From positions 65,038,001-65,102,000 of the forward strand of contig OX597814.1 of the NCBI GenBank assembly GCA_951406725.2: a DNA stretch of 64,000 nt, written 5' to 3'. The notes beneath the pieces were generated by a model, which saw nothing but the letters and a program-made list of their open reading frames with translations, was not told the origin of the DNA and did not search any database. This DNA comes from Octopus vulgaris. Lineage: Eukaryota. Below, in pieces: positions 14,683-26,818 of this stretch (its first letter is position 1; every line of letters starts with the position of its first letter). The translations under genes were made by a program, and so were the position numbers.

Positions 14683-17600
14683 CATGAGAGATAAAAGAAT
14701 ATTGCAAAAGAGATTTTTCGTAAACTTAAATATATAGAAATATCTGATGACACGTGACCTAATATAATGAGTTTAATGACTGATGTTGTTTAAATCCACG
14801 TTAACTATGATCAAGTAGATATGCTGAAAATCATTCCAACCATAACCCTAGCATCGTTTTAGGAGGGAGTTGGGGCTTCTTACTGAATTATCTATTGTGT
14901 CCTTCCGTAGTAAAATTGTACATTTTGATAGAGATATGGCAACTATCTCTAGCTGGTCAATCACCCACACTGAAGCTCCGTCATTGCCTCAGATATCATC
15001 TATTGTAGTCTTACCATTTATGATTTCTTCCTGGGCATTAGCATAACAAGTATAATAGTTTCCAACAGAATCGAAGTTGTTGGAGAGAAAGGTTCATAGT
15101 GTAAATCACGACTGATTCATGAATAAAAATATAGTTACTCATCTATTGTAACTATTACTAGTATTTTCTCAACCTACTTTAATGAAAAGACATATCATTG
15201 GATAGTAATTTGTATATTACATATGTATTTATATTTGTAGGGAATTCGTAATAATAGTCGCTCTTACTCTCACGGGTTTAATTTCGATTTCTTTCTTCTC
15301 TCTCCTTTGCACCCAAAAGTTAATTCCCACAGCAAAATGATGGACTGTATTATATCGTTGCCAGAAACTAATGAAAGGCAAGTTGATTTAGGTGAAATTT
15401 GAATGCAGAACCTAAAACGATCTAATTAAATGTCATTGGAGATTTCATCACAAAACGTTCTCGAAACCTGCCAGTCCAAACAATAACGGTTCAATATTTA
15501 GAAGGGAATGTTATTATTAAATTAAATTGACTGTTGCTACAGTAACAGAAAACTGAATTGGCAACCTATTACCGATCCTTATTTTATCACACACATAGTA
15601 ATAGAAATGTTAAAGATGTATGAATTAATAAATTAGAAGAATAAAATTCATAACTGAAAGTTATTAAAACCTAGTATCATACCAATTTATGTCAAGAATT
15701 ATTTTTTTAAATTTTCATACTTGCATAATTTCTGCCTCTAGAAATAAATCTTTTGCAGAGAGACAAGTATAATTCATTGACACGATCTGAATATCTACTA
15801 GTAGTGGACTAGATATGAAAATTTATTGTGTTGCTATGTATACATGTACATATGAGTTCTGGCATTAATTCTTATGAGTGTCTTTCTACAATGATTGAAA
15901 ATATTAGTTGAAGACAAGCACTACGATCAATTCAATTGATATCACATTAGCAGATTAAAATAACATTGTTTTACTAATAATGCACAGGATCAAAAGACAC
16001 TCAATGATATTACGTCATTAAATCCCTTTAGAAAGCTTGAATGTAAAAGAGTTATAGTCGTCTTACCTTGCCAACCACACTTGCAGAGAAAGAGATACAG
16101 AGAATAAAGTAGAGAGTGACTGTGAAAATGAGTTTAAGATCGATTCACCCCGGGGCGGTGTGTCTAAGAAAGAGAAAGAAAGAGAAAGATTGAGTGAGCG
16201 AGTGAGTGAATGAGTGAGGGAAATGTGCGAACAGATACGTGGGAGAGCAATGCAGTGAGACCAAACAGAGAGAATATTCGAACTATAGTTAAAATCTTAA
16301 CTCACATTGTCTCGATAACAATTAATTCGCAAGATAAATACGTTTAAATTTAAAATTTAAATCAATAGAATAACCCAATAATTTTGTAAAATGAATACAT
16401 TTAGAAGATTCTTCAAAATTAAATTACCCATTCACTATCTAATTAACTAATCCACCCATATCCTGAATAAGTACTTGTAACGATATCTCCGGTAAAAAAG
16501 TAAGAAAAGAAATGAAATCTGAGGAGAACTGTTTTGGTTCGAGTTGATGGGGAAATAAATGTTTAAGAATGACTTCTGCTGACAAATATACCACAATGTG
16601 ACTGTAAAAGAAAAAAAAAAAGATAATTTTTTTAAAAAATACGTTCATACACGTATAGAAAATAGTAGCGGTTGGGGTTGGAACTTTCATAAATAAATAA
16701 AAAAAAATATAGGGAATGGTAAAGATTATTTAGTGTACAGAGTTGATGCGTAAAGCGGGAAGACTGTAAGTGAACTTAAAAACAAAAATAAACGAAAATT
16801 ACTGAAAAATGAAATTTGGAGAAAACGTGAAGGATTAGCAGGAATTTCAATGATGCATAAGTGTTAGAATCAGTTATCAAGAGAGAAACATCGAGAGTTC
16901 TACAGAGTCTCTTTCGAGGAGTTTGGAAAGGGTTTTAATGACTGTAACGGAACAAGAAAATTAGGATATTGTCACAATCTACATAGTCTTGTTATTTTAT
17001 GTTTAATTTTATTTTCATGTTTTACGTAGGTATGTCATTGTTTTACGCTATTAGTTTTTAAAATTTTATTTTTTATATTTTAAAACATATTTGTTTTGTA
17101 TTTCGTTCAGAGCTTCGTAATATATTTCATTATTTATTTCTTAATTTTTTTTATAGAGAATTTTAATAGGGACGAGTAAAATAATTGGATTAAATACATG
17201 TAGAGAGAAAAACAAAAATTATGATGAAGTGAAAATAAGAATTAAATAAAATAATGAATAAAAATTTCAAATATAAAAAAATGGTGTAAAATTTTTTAAA
17301 AATATGGAAAATAAAAAGTTTTGAATGTAAAAAGAAAAACATTTAGATAGTAAAATATTAAGATCAGAGATTGAGTGATGGTTGAAGGAATTTAGATTTC
17401 GAGGCTGAGGGGTATAATGAAATTACGAACTTGCGTTGTATTTAGATGACAGCAACAACAAGAACAACGAGAACAAATTCGTTTCGACTATTATAACAGT
17501 AACAACAGCAACATGAACAACAATACATAGACGTACAGTTTTAACAATTATGCTATAAATATCAACATCAACAAATTCAAAATTCATAATGGCGGTGCTG

Positions 17601-18134
17601 ACCAAGACAATGACAACAAGAACAACGTAGGTAAAATGTAAACAAAATAATATCTGGGAGTGTAACTATCAAGACAAAAAGAAATCTAACTGTAAAATCA
17701 ATAATAATATAAAATACACCAGCAGAAACGCGGTAGGGATAGCAGCAAAAGTAGAAGTAGAAGTGGGAGCAGCAGAATGAACAACAACAGTAATACAAAA
17801 CAAAAATAAAAAGTAAATAGCAGAAGAGTACTTCACAAAAGTTACCTTGGTAAAAAGAAGAATGATGAAGATGATGATGACGACGACGACGAATGTGATG
17901 TTAATGATAGCGGTGGTGATGGTGGTGGTGCTGACAACAACCACAATCAAAATAATGGTATTAAAATTATTATGATTATCCAACTGCCGGATATTTTAGA
18001 TTAATTATGAAGGGGCTAAGGGCGAGTGCGAGAAATATAATTAGGGAAAAAGTACCATCTCGTCTTATATTTTCTGCATATGTGAGGTATGCCATTGAGG
18101 GTTTTTATATATCCAAATGTTCATTTTTACGTGC

Positions 18135-18265
<131 letters not shown>

Positions 18266-18419
18266 TGGATACGCATAATTAAAAATGAGAATACAGATAT
18301 ATGCGCACATATATACACGCATATACATGCATGCACATTTACTTATACAACTATGTACGTACTTACATATAATTGTATATGATGCATATATATGTGAAAT
18401 GGATATATGTATATATATA

Positions 18420-18484
<65 letters not shown>

Positions 18485-18742
18485 TTACAATGTATATTTA
18501 CTATTTACATATATACATATATTCAAAACGTATACCTATATATGAATACCTATGAAACGCATTTTGGAAATTCCAGATATTTTTCGCGTTTTTAGCCAAA
18601 ATGGAGACGAAGCCCATTCCTCCATATGATTGGTTTGAAAAATAGTTAAGATAGGATTTTTTCTTAGCATGAAAACAATGGTAGCTTTAATGCCCTAAAG
18701 CGGTGTTAAGCACAGATACACATTGCTTAACATTTACGTATA

Positions 18743-19420
18743 TATTAGGCCAACCCATAAATATAACGGTTTTTTATACCTCTTTTATTTTAAAAATAGG
18801 TTCTTTTCTAATCTAAAATATACGATCCTCCATTTTCTACAATGCTCTTTCATCTATCTGGTAGATTTGCAAGACCCATCTTCCAAAATTCACTTGTCTG
18901 TGACAAAAAATACTCCTCCAGTACTGTTCTGGCCTCGTCTACAGGATTCATATTTTTTCCGTCCAAATGATTTTGAAGGCTGCGGAATAAATGTTAATCA
19001 GATGGGGCAATTTCCAGCAAATATGGTGTACGGGGCATCGTTCCCCATCCAAACTGCTCCAGCTTATAGAATCGTATCCTCGCTGTATATGGCCGAGCAT
19101 GGTAGAATACCTCTCGTTTTGAAACCAAACATGGTCGTTTTTCTTCTCGCGTTAAATGAAGCCGCTCAAGGTGCTCGAAGTAGATTCCTTTGTTGTCTTT
19201 TGGTTTGAGTCTAAAAGTTCAAAGTACTCTAAACCTTTTATATCCCACTAAAGAGATAACGACGCCTTACGTGGGTGAAGTCCTCCTTTAGCCTGGGGTG
19301 CCGGTATTTCTCCTTTATCCACACAGTGTCTTCGGCACTTGACATTTTTTATAGAGGACCTATTTCTCGTCACCAGTCACTATTCGGTCCCAAAAAGGAA
19401 GCATGACAAGAAAACTGCAT
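18743..19420 (-). mobile_element. mariner (DD34D) transposon, 3' two-thirds, decayed
   Basis: RIVTGDEK, GLHPRK, WDIKG..YFELL, ARPYTA, IAPSD.HLFRSLQNHLDGK, LANLPDR.KSIVENGGSYI; TIR ta-ttaggccaacccataa at 18743. Confidence 0.9.
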
Positions 19421-19681
19421 ATAACACTTGCAGGCAAACACCTTCGTGAACAAACACCTATGGAAATGCCAGACTCGGTAATTCACAGTGCACATCGAGG
19501 CAACACAGCGGAACAGGGGCAACCTTAAAATCTCTGAGGCCATCCTCATACACCAAAATAAATCCAAGATCAGCAACAGAAGAGAGTTACAGAAAGCTAG
19601 CTGGTTGCTATAGCAACACCTTTCTACGCATGTCTACTCCACACACGCACACACACACGCACATTGGTAACATTCGTCTAT

Positions 19682-19852
19682 TTCTTAAAAATGGGGTCAT
19701 AGCCCCCAAAATATTGAATACAAGGTAAGTTCACATTAATTTACATATTTGTTTTGTTGTGATTTACCTTGCATTTACTTCGCATTGTCTTAGCCTTACC
19801 CACGATCTTTTATACAATCTATTCTACACTATGCTTCATAGTAATTATTCCA
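19682..19852 (+). mobile_element. solo copy of the 12064-12357 arm (pLTR-like), decayed HHR at its 5' end
   Basis: High similarity to 12201-12355; ttc-TTAAAAA-t-gggg-tcatag-cccc-caaaatatt-gaa; ends in (TA)n. Confidence 0.75.
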
Positions 19853-19968
19853 TATATATATATATATATATATATATGCATACATAAATACATATAATAT
19901 TTATACGTACGTATAAATATATATATTCATATACAAATGCACACGCCATACACACGCACACGCACACA

Positions 19969-20007
<39 letters not shown>

Positions 20008-20333
20008 TGATGCAAACAGATATATACCACGGAATACTGAAAATTTGCTACCATTTAAGGGTATCGGGATGGGCCCAACCTTCCAAGTTCTTTTATAGAG
20101 CAAAGAAATACTGATGAACCGCTGCAGTAAGTGTGTGAATCTAAGAGTAGAGTACATTAAATAACATCATAACTAACTGATCTTTCCGGATTTTCTTTTA
20201 CCCACAACCAGGATCTTTTCAGCACTCTGTCGTTTATAGATACATAACGAGCACAGTTCCTATATGCATTCACAAAGAGAAGTGTACAAAAACACATACA
20301 CATCTAACGCACAGTCACGCACAATAAGTCACG

Positions 20334-20365
<32 letters not shown>

Positions 20366-20754
20366 CGAAAAAGGAAGACGATCACAAGATTTAATTTCAT
20401 ATATAAAAGACAGTTTATATAGTATTTTGGGAATAAATACCAGATGCTATTTTAGATCACAAACAAAGCGAAAGTAAAAGGTGACGGCTAAAAATGAAGA
20501 AATCTAAAGTAAATCAACGAGATGTAATTAGTCCATATGCAGTGCATGTTTGCAAAGAAGATAATGCAACACTAGTAGTAAAGCGATGCTTTGATCAGTG
20601 CGTAACCGTTTAACATTTGAAGGAATCACTTTAGCAAATAAAGAAAAAAAAAAACAAAAAAACATAGAGATAGTGAATTTCACGTCTATAAAAGTATGCT
20701 ATATTTTACGTTAAATAAACGTAGGTTGTATGCATTACATGTCATGAAATGATA

Positions 20755-21028
20755 CGGAGCCATGCTAGTGCAGCGGCTTGAATAATATTTAGGCGAATGA
20801 ATTGACCCAAAGACTGCTACTTATTCTACCAGGATCTTTTGCCGAACCGTTAAATTACGGAGACGTAAACACATCAGCACCAGATGTCAAGAGTTGAGTG
20901 TGACAAACACACACACGGTGGGCTGCTTCATTCAATTTCTATCTACAACATCCAAATGCTGCGCAGTGGGACTCATCCGGAACCATAAGGTTGGGAAGCA
21001 AGCTTCTTACTACACAGTCATGCCTACT
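20755..21028 (-). mobile_element. SINE family B, degenerate
   Basis: Reverse complement of ggcatgactgtgtagtaagaagcttgcttcccaacc..gtcccactgcg. Confidence 0.75.
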
Positions 21029-21174
21029 CGACGTAATACAAATTTCACATGAATTTATTTCCTAATTAGTTTCGTCAAAAATTTTATGTAATTTTACTAC
21101 ATTTTATGTTCAAATCTGACATTTTATTTTCCTTCATCTTGTACATTACAACACTATTTCAACCTCTATATACT

Positions 21175-21347
21175 CAGGCACGTCAGCCGGATTTCGTGTG
21201 TGGAGATGCTTTAGAATATTCAGTGGCTACTTATTTGTAATTATGCTAAAGTGGAGTTTCGAAATAAGTGTCAATAAATCTGAGGGTATACTATTGAATA
21301 GTAAAGGGGGAAGGGCCGTCCAGTGCACCCCCGTAGCGACGGGCATG
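21175..21347. mobile_element. hAT-type MITE
   Basis: Imperfect TIR caggcacgtc / gacgggcatg; 8-bp flanks tatatact / tatgtact (7 of 8 match). Confidence 0.6.
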
Positions 21348-21634
21348 TATGTACTTAATCGTAAATTAGTATGATCGTTAAAATGTGATATATTAATTTG
21401 CAAGGATGTGAGACCATTTTACGTTTAAGCAGCTTAAGAATCAGTGGCAAAGGTGTTGTTGCTATATCCCATAACATAGCAGTTTCACACAATGATTCGA
21501 TAAGCACAAATACCAAACTAGAATATAACAACGATTTGAACTTCGTTTGTGTGCATGAACGTCTAAGGATGTGGGTTCGTAATTATTATATAACCGTTTA
21601 TTGTAATGTAAATATAATTTTCAATATGTTATAA

Positions 21635-21849
21635 TGGTTTCATGTGTTGGCACAAGTCCAGTAGGTTTGGGGGAGGAGCTAAGTCGATTAAATCGATCTC
21701 AGTGTTCAACTGGTACTTATTTTATCAACCCGAAAGGATGAAAGGCAAAGTCGACCCCGGCAGAATTTGAACTCAGAACATAAAGACAGATGAAGTATCG
21801 CTAAGCATTATGCCCGGTGTGCAAAGGATTCTGCTAGCTCGTCGCCTTA
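21635..21849 (-). mobile_element. SINE family A, full length
   Basis: Reverse complement of the 8530-8742 copy. Confidence 0.9.
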
Positions 21850-22578
21850 ATGTGCTTGAAATAATTAAATTATAAAAATGAGGTCGTCATATACAACAAA
21901 TTTCATGTATATGTGCATGTCCATATAAATACATCCATGCATACTTGTAGACAGATAGATGTTCGTTCAGCAATGTGAGACAGAAAGAATACTCAATGCA
22001 TGTAGCAAATATATTTTAATGGTGATTCATTGCATATACGTATGCGATCCTTCAAGCTTTCGGAAAATGATTCAATCGCAGAGGGCTTGCAATGCCGAAC
22101 ACTGACTGATAAGGGGTGATTCATCGATTACACACATTTATATATATGTCTGTATTTGTGTGTATATGTGCATGTACACACACACACACACACACACACG
22201 CATGTATGTATGTATGTATGTATGTATGTTTATGTAATTTCTGTAGTGTATGGCACGCACGACAAATTTCTAAATTTATTAAAATTTCTATTAAGAACAG
22301 AGAAACAACAAAACAAAAATCAAGTGACAATCGTTATTAACACTTAAGGAGAAATGCCGAAAATTTCGAGTCATCCTTGAATTAACAGGCTCAGGGAACA
22401 AAAAGACGATCTGATCTCCTCCCACTCCTCCGTCTCTTTAATTCTAATCTATTTAAATATCTTTTCCCTTTCTAACGGATCCTTCTCCTCGGAGCGTTTG
22501 ACTTTTCTTCTTCATGACATAACACACACGCACAAACACATACACACATACACACACATATACATATATATACAAACA

Positions 22579-22657
<79 letters not shown>

Positions 22658-22697
22658 CATACACACACACACACATATATATATACACACATATACA

Positions 22698-23010
22698 CGC
22701 AAGCGTGACTTCCCAACCCACATGATTCCGGGTTCAGTCCCACTGCGTAGCACCTTGGGCATATTGCGTCTTGTATAGCCTCGGGCCGACCAAAACCTGT
22801 CGTATATATGTGTGTGTGTTTGTGTCTGTGTTTGGTAACTGATGTTGGTGTGCTTACGTCCCCATTAGCGGTTCTACAAAAGAGACTAATAGAATAAGTA
22901 TTAGGCTTGCAAAAATAAGTCCTGTGGTCGAGTTCGTTTACTAAAAACCTCTTTAAGGCGGTGCTCTAGCAAGGCCGCAGTCAGGTAACTGAAACATTTG
23001 AAAGAATAAA
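22698..23010 (+). mobile_element. SINE family B
   Basis: ttcccaaccacatgattccgggttcagtcccactgcg..ccttggg..gtcgagttcg. Confidence 0.85.
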
Positions 23011-23055
23011 TTGATATGTAAATGTGTGTGTGTGTGAGCATTTATGTATATACAC

Positions 23056-23205
23056 AGGCGTAGATATGTGGTAAGATACTTGCTTCTCAACCACATGGTT
23101 CTGGGTTCAGTCCCACAGCGTAACACCTTGGCAAGCGTCATCTACTGTAGTCTCGGGTTAACCAAAGCCTTTTGAGTGGATTTGGTAGACGCAAACTGAT
23201 AGAAG
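23056..23205 (+). mobile_element. SINE family B, 5' half
   Basis: aggcgtag..tgtggtaag..ggttcagtccc..gtggatttggtagacg. Confidence 0.85.
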
Positions 23206-23526
23206 TACACACACACACACACACATATCTATATATGTGTATCTGTGTATATATTTATATATATTATATATATTATAATTATTAGTATAATATATATATG
23301 AATATATGTATGTATATGTGCACGGAAATTTGCAACTAAAATATCTAAACATATTATTTATTCACATGCACCTAAGTTGTAAATGTCTTATTTTAGGTTC
23401 ATAGACCTATATACAATCATGCCTATATGTTACGCTCATGAGATCCCTCACAAATTACATGAAATATACGATGTAATCGATATGCATATACGTACGCACA
23501 CACGCACGCACGCACACACACACACA

Positions 23527-24826
23527 CACACATATGACAGAAGTAAAGAGGCACCACATAAAACATCGTTTTAAGTTTATTTTAACTCGGAAAAAGTTTA
23601 CATTGTTTATTAATGACATTTTAAAATTTCAAATTCTCTATGTAATTGGATAGTCATGGCACGAAGAAAAGAAGCCTCAGAATTGTACGAATTTCAAAGT
23701 GGCCGTATTGTGGGGAGGCCGTATTGTGGGGAGGCCGTATTGTGGACTTAATCAGCATAAAAACGCAGAAAACCTTGTGATCCAGCTTTAGCCAGTTAAT
23801 AGAGTTATTGTGCAATTCACCAGAGAGGGGAAAGACACCACATCACCTCACCCAAGTCGACCAGAGCCCTCTGACAGGACCCTTTGTTGTGTTAAGAGAA
23901 GTGTGTAGGATAATCCTCGTTGCAAGGCCTCTGACTTATCAGAACAAGTTGATGTCAGTCCCAGAACAGCTGTCAGGTATCTCCACAAACTTTGCTACTT
24001 TGGCAGAGCAGCAAGAAGGAAGCCATTTCATCGACCAGCCAATATCATGCGAAGAAAAGGATTGGGCAAGTGAGACGTTGGGAGGCCACTAGCATTTTGA
24101 GACATTGTCATATTCTCTAATGAGTCCAAATTTGCTGTATTTTCCTGCTGTGTTCAAGTGTGGCTCTGGAGACTGATCAAGAATTTGACGTGAAAAGATT
24201 GCAGCCAAGAATGAAACATGGCGGCTATTTTGTGGTTTGGAGAGCAATTTGAGCAATATGGTCGTTCAGAGATGGTGGTGAGTTACGGGAGCATTAACTC
24301 AGATAAATATGTGTCCATATAGCAGATAGGACTCCTTCCAATCTTCTCCGGTGGTGAAATGATTAAAAAAGACTCTTTGTTTATGGAATATGGGGTTCCT
24401 TGTCACACGGCTAAAAAGACCCACGGTTGGTAGAGAATGGCATTAAAACACTTCCATGGCCAAAGCAGATGTGAAACCTATTGAACACCTTGGGACAAAA
24501 TTATCAGGATTCCCTGTTGGGGCAAAATGAACAGGATTGGGTATAATGAACAGGGCACTTCTAGAAGGAACAAGAAAGCATCCTCAAAGCCGGATCTTTT
24601 GAGATTACTGCATGAAACTTGGCAAGAAATTCCTCAAGAGAATATTCGTCATGTGAACAGTAGCATGCTTCATAGGTTCCTTGCATTGAAAAATTTCAAA
24701 GGATGTGCCTACTAAATATTAGATAATCACATTATAATAGTTAGTAAATAATTTAAATGAATATTTTCAGATTTAAATAAATTTCAACAATTATAAAGGT
24801 GTCTATTTACTTCTATTATGACTGTG
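23527..24826 (+). mobile_element. Tc1-like (DD34E) transposon, near full length, decayed
   Basis: TIRs ..acagaagtaaagaggcacc / ggtgtctatttacttctattatgactgtg-ta. MARRKEASELYEFQSGRIVG, FSNESKF, KHGG, EYGVPCHTAK, LPWP, PIEH. Confidence 0.85.
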
Positions 24827-25664
24827 TACGTATGTTAATATTTGTTTATAAAGTATGATAAAACAACTTTACATTAAATTAGTTAAATTGAAGGATTACT
24901 CAATACATTTGGAAAAGAACAAATTTATTATTCTCTAACAAGAACAGTATTGACAGTAACTTCGAAGTTACAGCCAGCTAATCCGTCATCGGACAATTTG
25001 ATGGTGGTTTTGCGGGATGAAACTTCAAAAGTAACTCTCATTACTATTCTTGCTAATGTGTGTGTGTGCTAAACTATGTGTACGCCAGAAATATATTTTG
25101 CTTTCAACATGTTTTAATGAAAATATACATTCCTACGTAAACTTACCTTGAACATGGATTGGTGTTGTCGAGGCTTGCTTTTTGTTTTTAAAGTAGTCAC
25201 AATATATTTTTGTGCGTTTCTATGAATGCGTCAGTTTGGGGAATTTGGTATGTGTATGTGCATCAGTTGAATCTATATGCTTATCAACATATTTGAGAGA
25301 TAATCGGCATTCCACATTGATAGCTAGGTGCTCCATGCCACCGAATTCTTATTGACGTACTTGCAAGCTGGAAGTGATTATGCTGTACAATGATATAACA
25401 ATATTTTTTTACAGATAATAAAAACAACAAAAGACGATAAAATATGAACATATAATAGAATGTATACGTAGGGAAACACGCTTAGACATGGGTAAATATA
25501 TCTAACAATATTATACGGCGTATATAGATTATAGACAAAAGGGTACTTCACTCTTATATGTAGACGAAAAGATCCGAAAATACACATAGTACTTTATTTG
25601 TGTATGTGCATGAATATACTTACGTACGTATGTGTTTACGTATGTATGTATATATGTACGTAAA

Positions 25665-25802
25665 GATTTCCCCAACCAAAATACCTTTCTCACAAAGTAT
25701 TGATCTCTGTCTATACTGGAAGTTGCTTCGCCAAGGTATCACGCTGTGAGACTGCTCAGATACTACGTGGTTGCGACGTAACTGTACAGACGTGACAGTG
25801 CC
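25665..25802 (-). mobile_element. SINE family B head, degenerate
   Basis: ctatactggaagttgcttcgccaaggtatcacgctgtgagactg. Confidence 0.5.
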
Positions 25803-25837
25803 TTATTTGTAAATATAGTACATTTATTCTACACGGT

Positions 25838-26165
25838 GAAGACACATGGCTCAGTGGTTAGAACGTCGGACTCAAAATCATGATGTAGTGAGTTTGATAA
25901 ACGGACTGGTCTGTATGTTGTTTCCTTGGTCAAAACACTGTAATTCAAGTTTCTCCAGTTCACTCAGTTGAAGAAATGAGACGCAATGTCACTGGTACCA
26001 AGTTGTATCGCTCTTTGCCCTGCCCTTGCACAACATCAGTAACGTAGAGAGGGAGGCTGCTACGCATGGACGACATCTGGTCTTCCGTAAACTTTGCCCT
26101 AATTGTGCTACGGAGGGTAAATTTTTGGATGTAATCCCATGGGCATTCATGACCGAAGGGGTCTT
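25838..26165 (+). mobile_element. tRNA-derived SINE family C
   Basis: A-box tggctcagtggttaga; B-box-like gagtttgat; ends gaccgaaggggg. Confidence 0.7.
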
Positions 26166-26398
26166 TTTTTAATTTTACACAGAATAATTTTTAGAAAACG
26201 TCACAAAAATAAAATCAAAATACCTAAAAATACAGAATACACATATAATTATAGTTCAGATACTTGCCAATTGTTTATATTAATTCAGTATTGCTACAAA
26301 AATGTTCTTTCATTGAAGGAGACTTAAAAACTGCAAGCTAGGAAAATTTATACATGTAGAGACAATTTGAACAAATCCATCTGACTTAAACCTGACCT

Positions 26399-26443
<45 letters not shown>

Positions 26444-26539
26444 AACACATGATATACACATATATGTATATATATCTCTCTCTCTCTCTCTTCTCTCTAT
26501 ATATATATATATATATATACTATATATATATACATATAA

Positions 26540-26587
<48 letters not shown>

Positions 26588-26818
26588 CATATATATATAT
26601 ATATTATATATATACATACATATATATATATATAGACAGATATATATTTAAGTAATGAGGGAGAATATATATATACATATATATACATACATCTATATAT
26701 ATATATATATATACATACATACATACATCTATCTATCTATATATATTTATATATATATATATATATATATATACATACATCTATATATATTTATATATTT
26801 ATATATATATATATATAT

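Noticed and set aside
18723-19208. 161-aa plus-strand ORF
   Set aside because: Antisense to the mariner transposase relic
18743-19852. Mariner as autonomous parent of the 12064 palindrome
   Set aside because: The mariner has its own TIR at 18743, unrelated to the 19682-19852 arm; they are adjacent separate insertions
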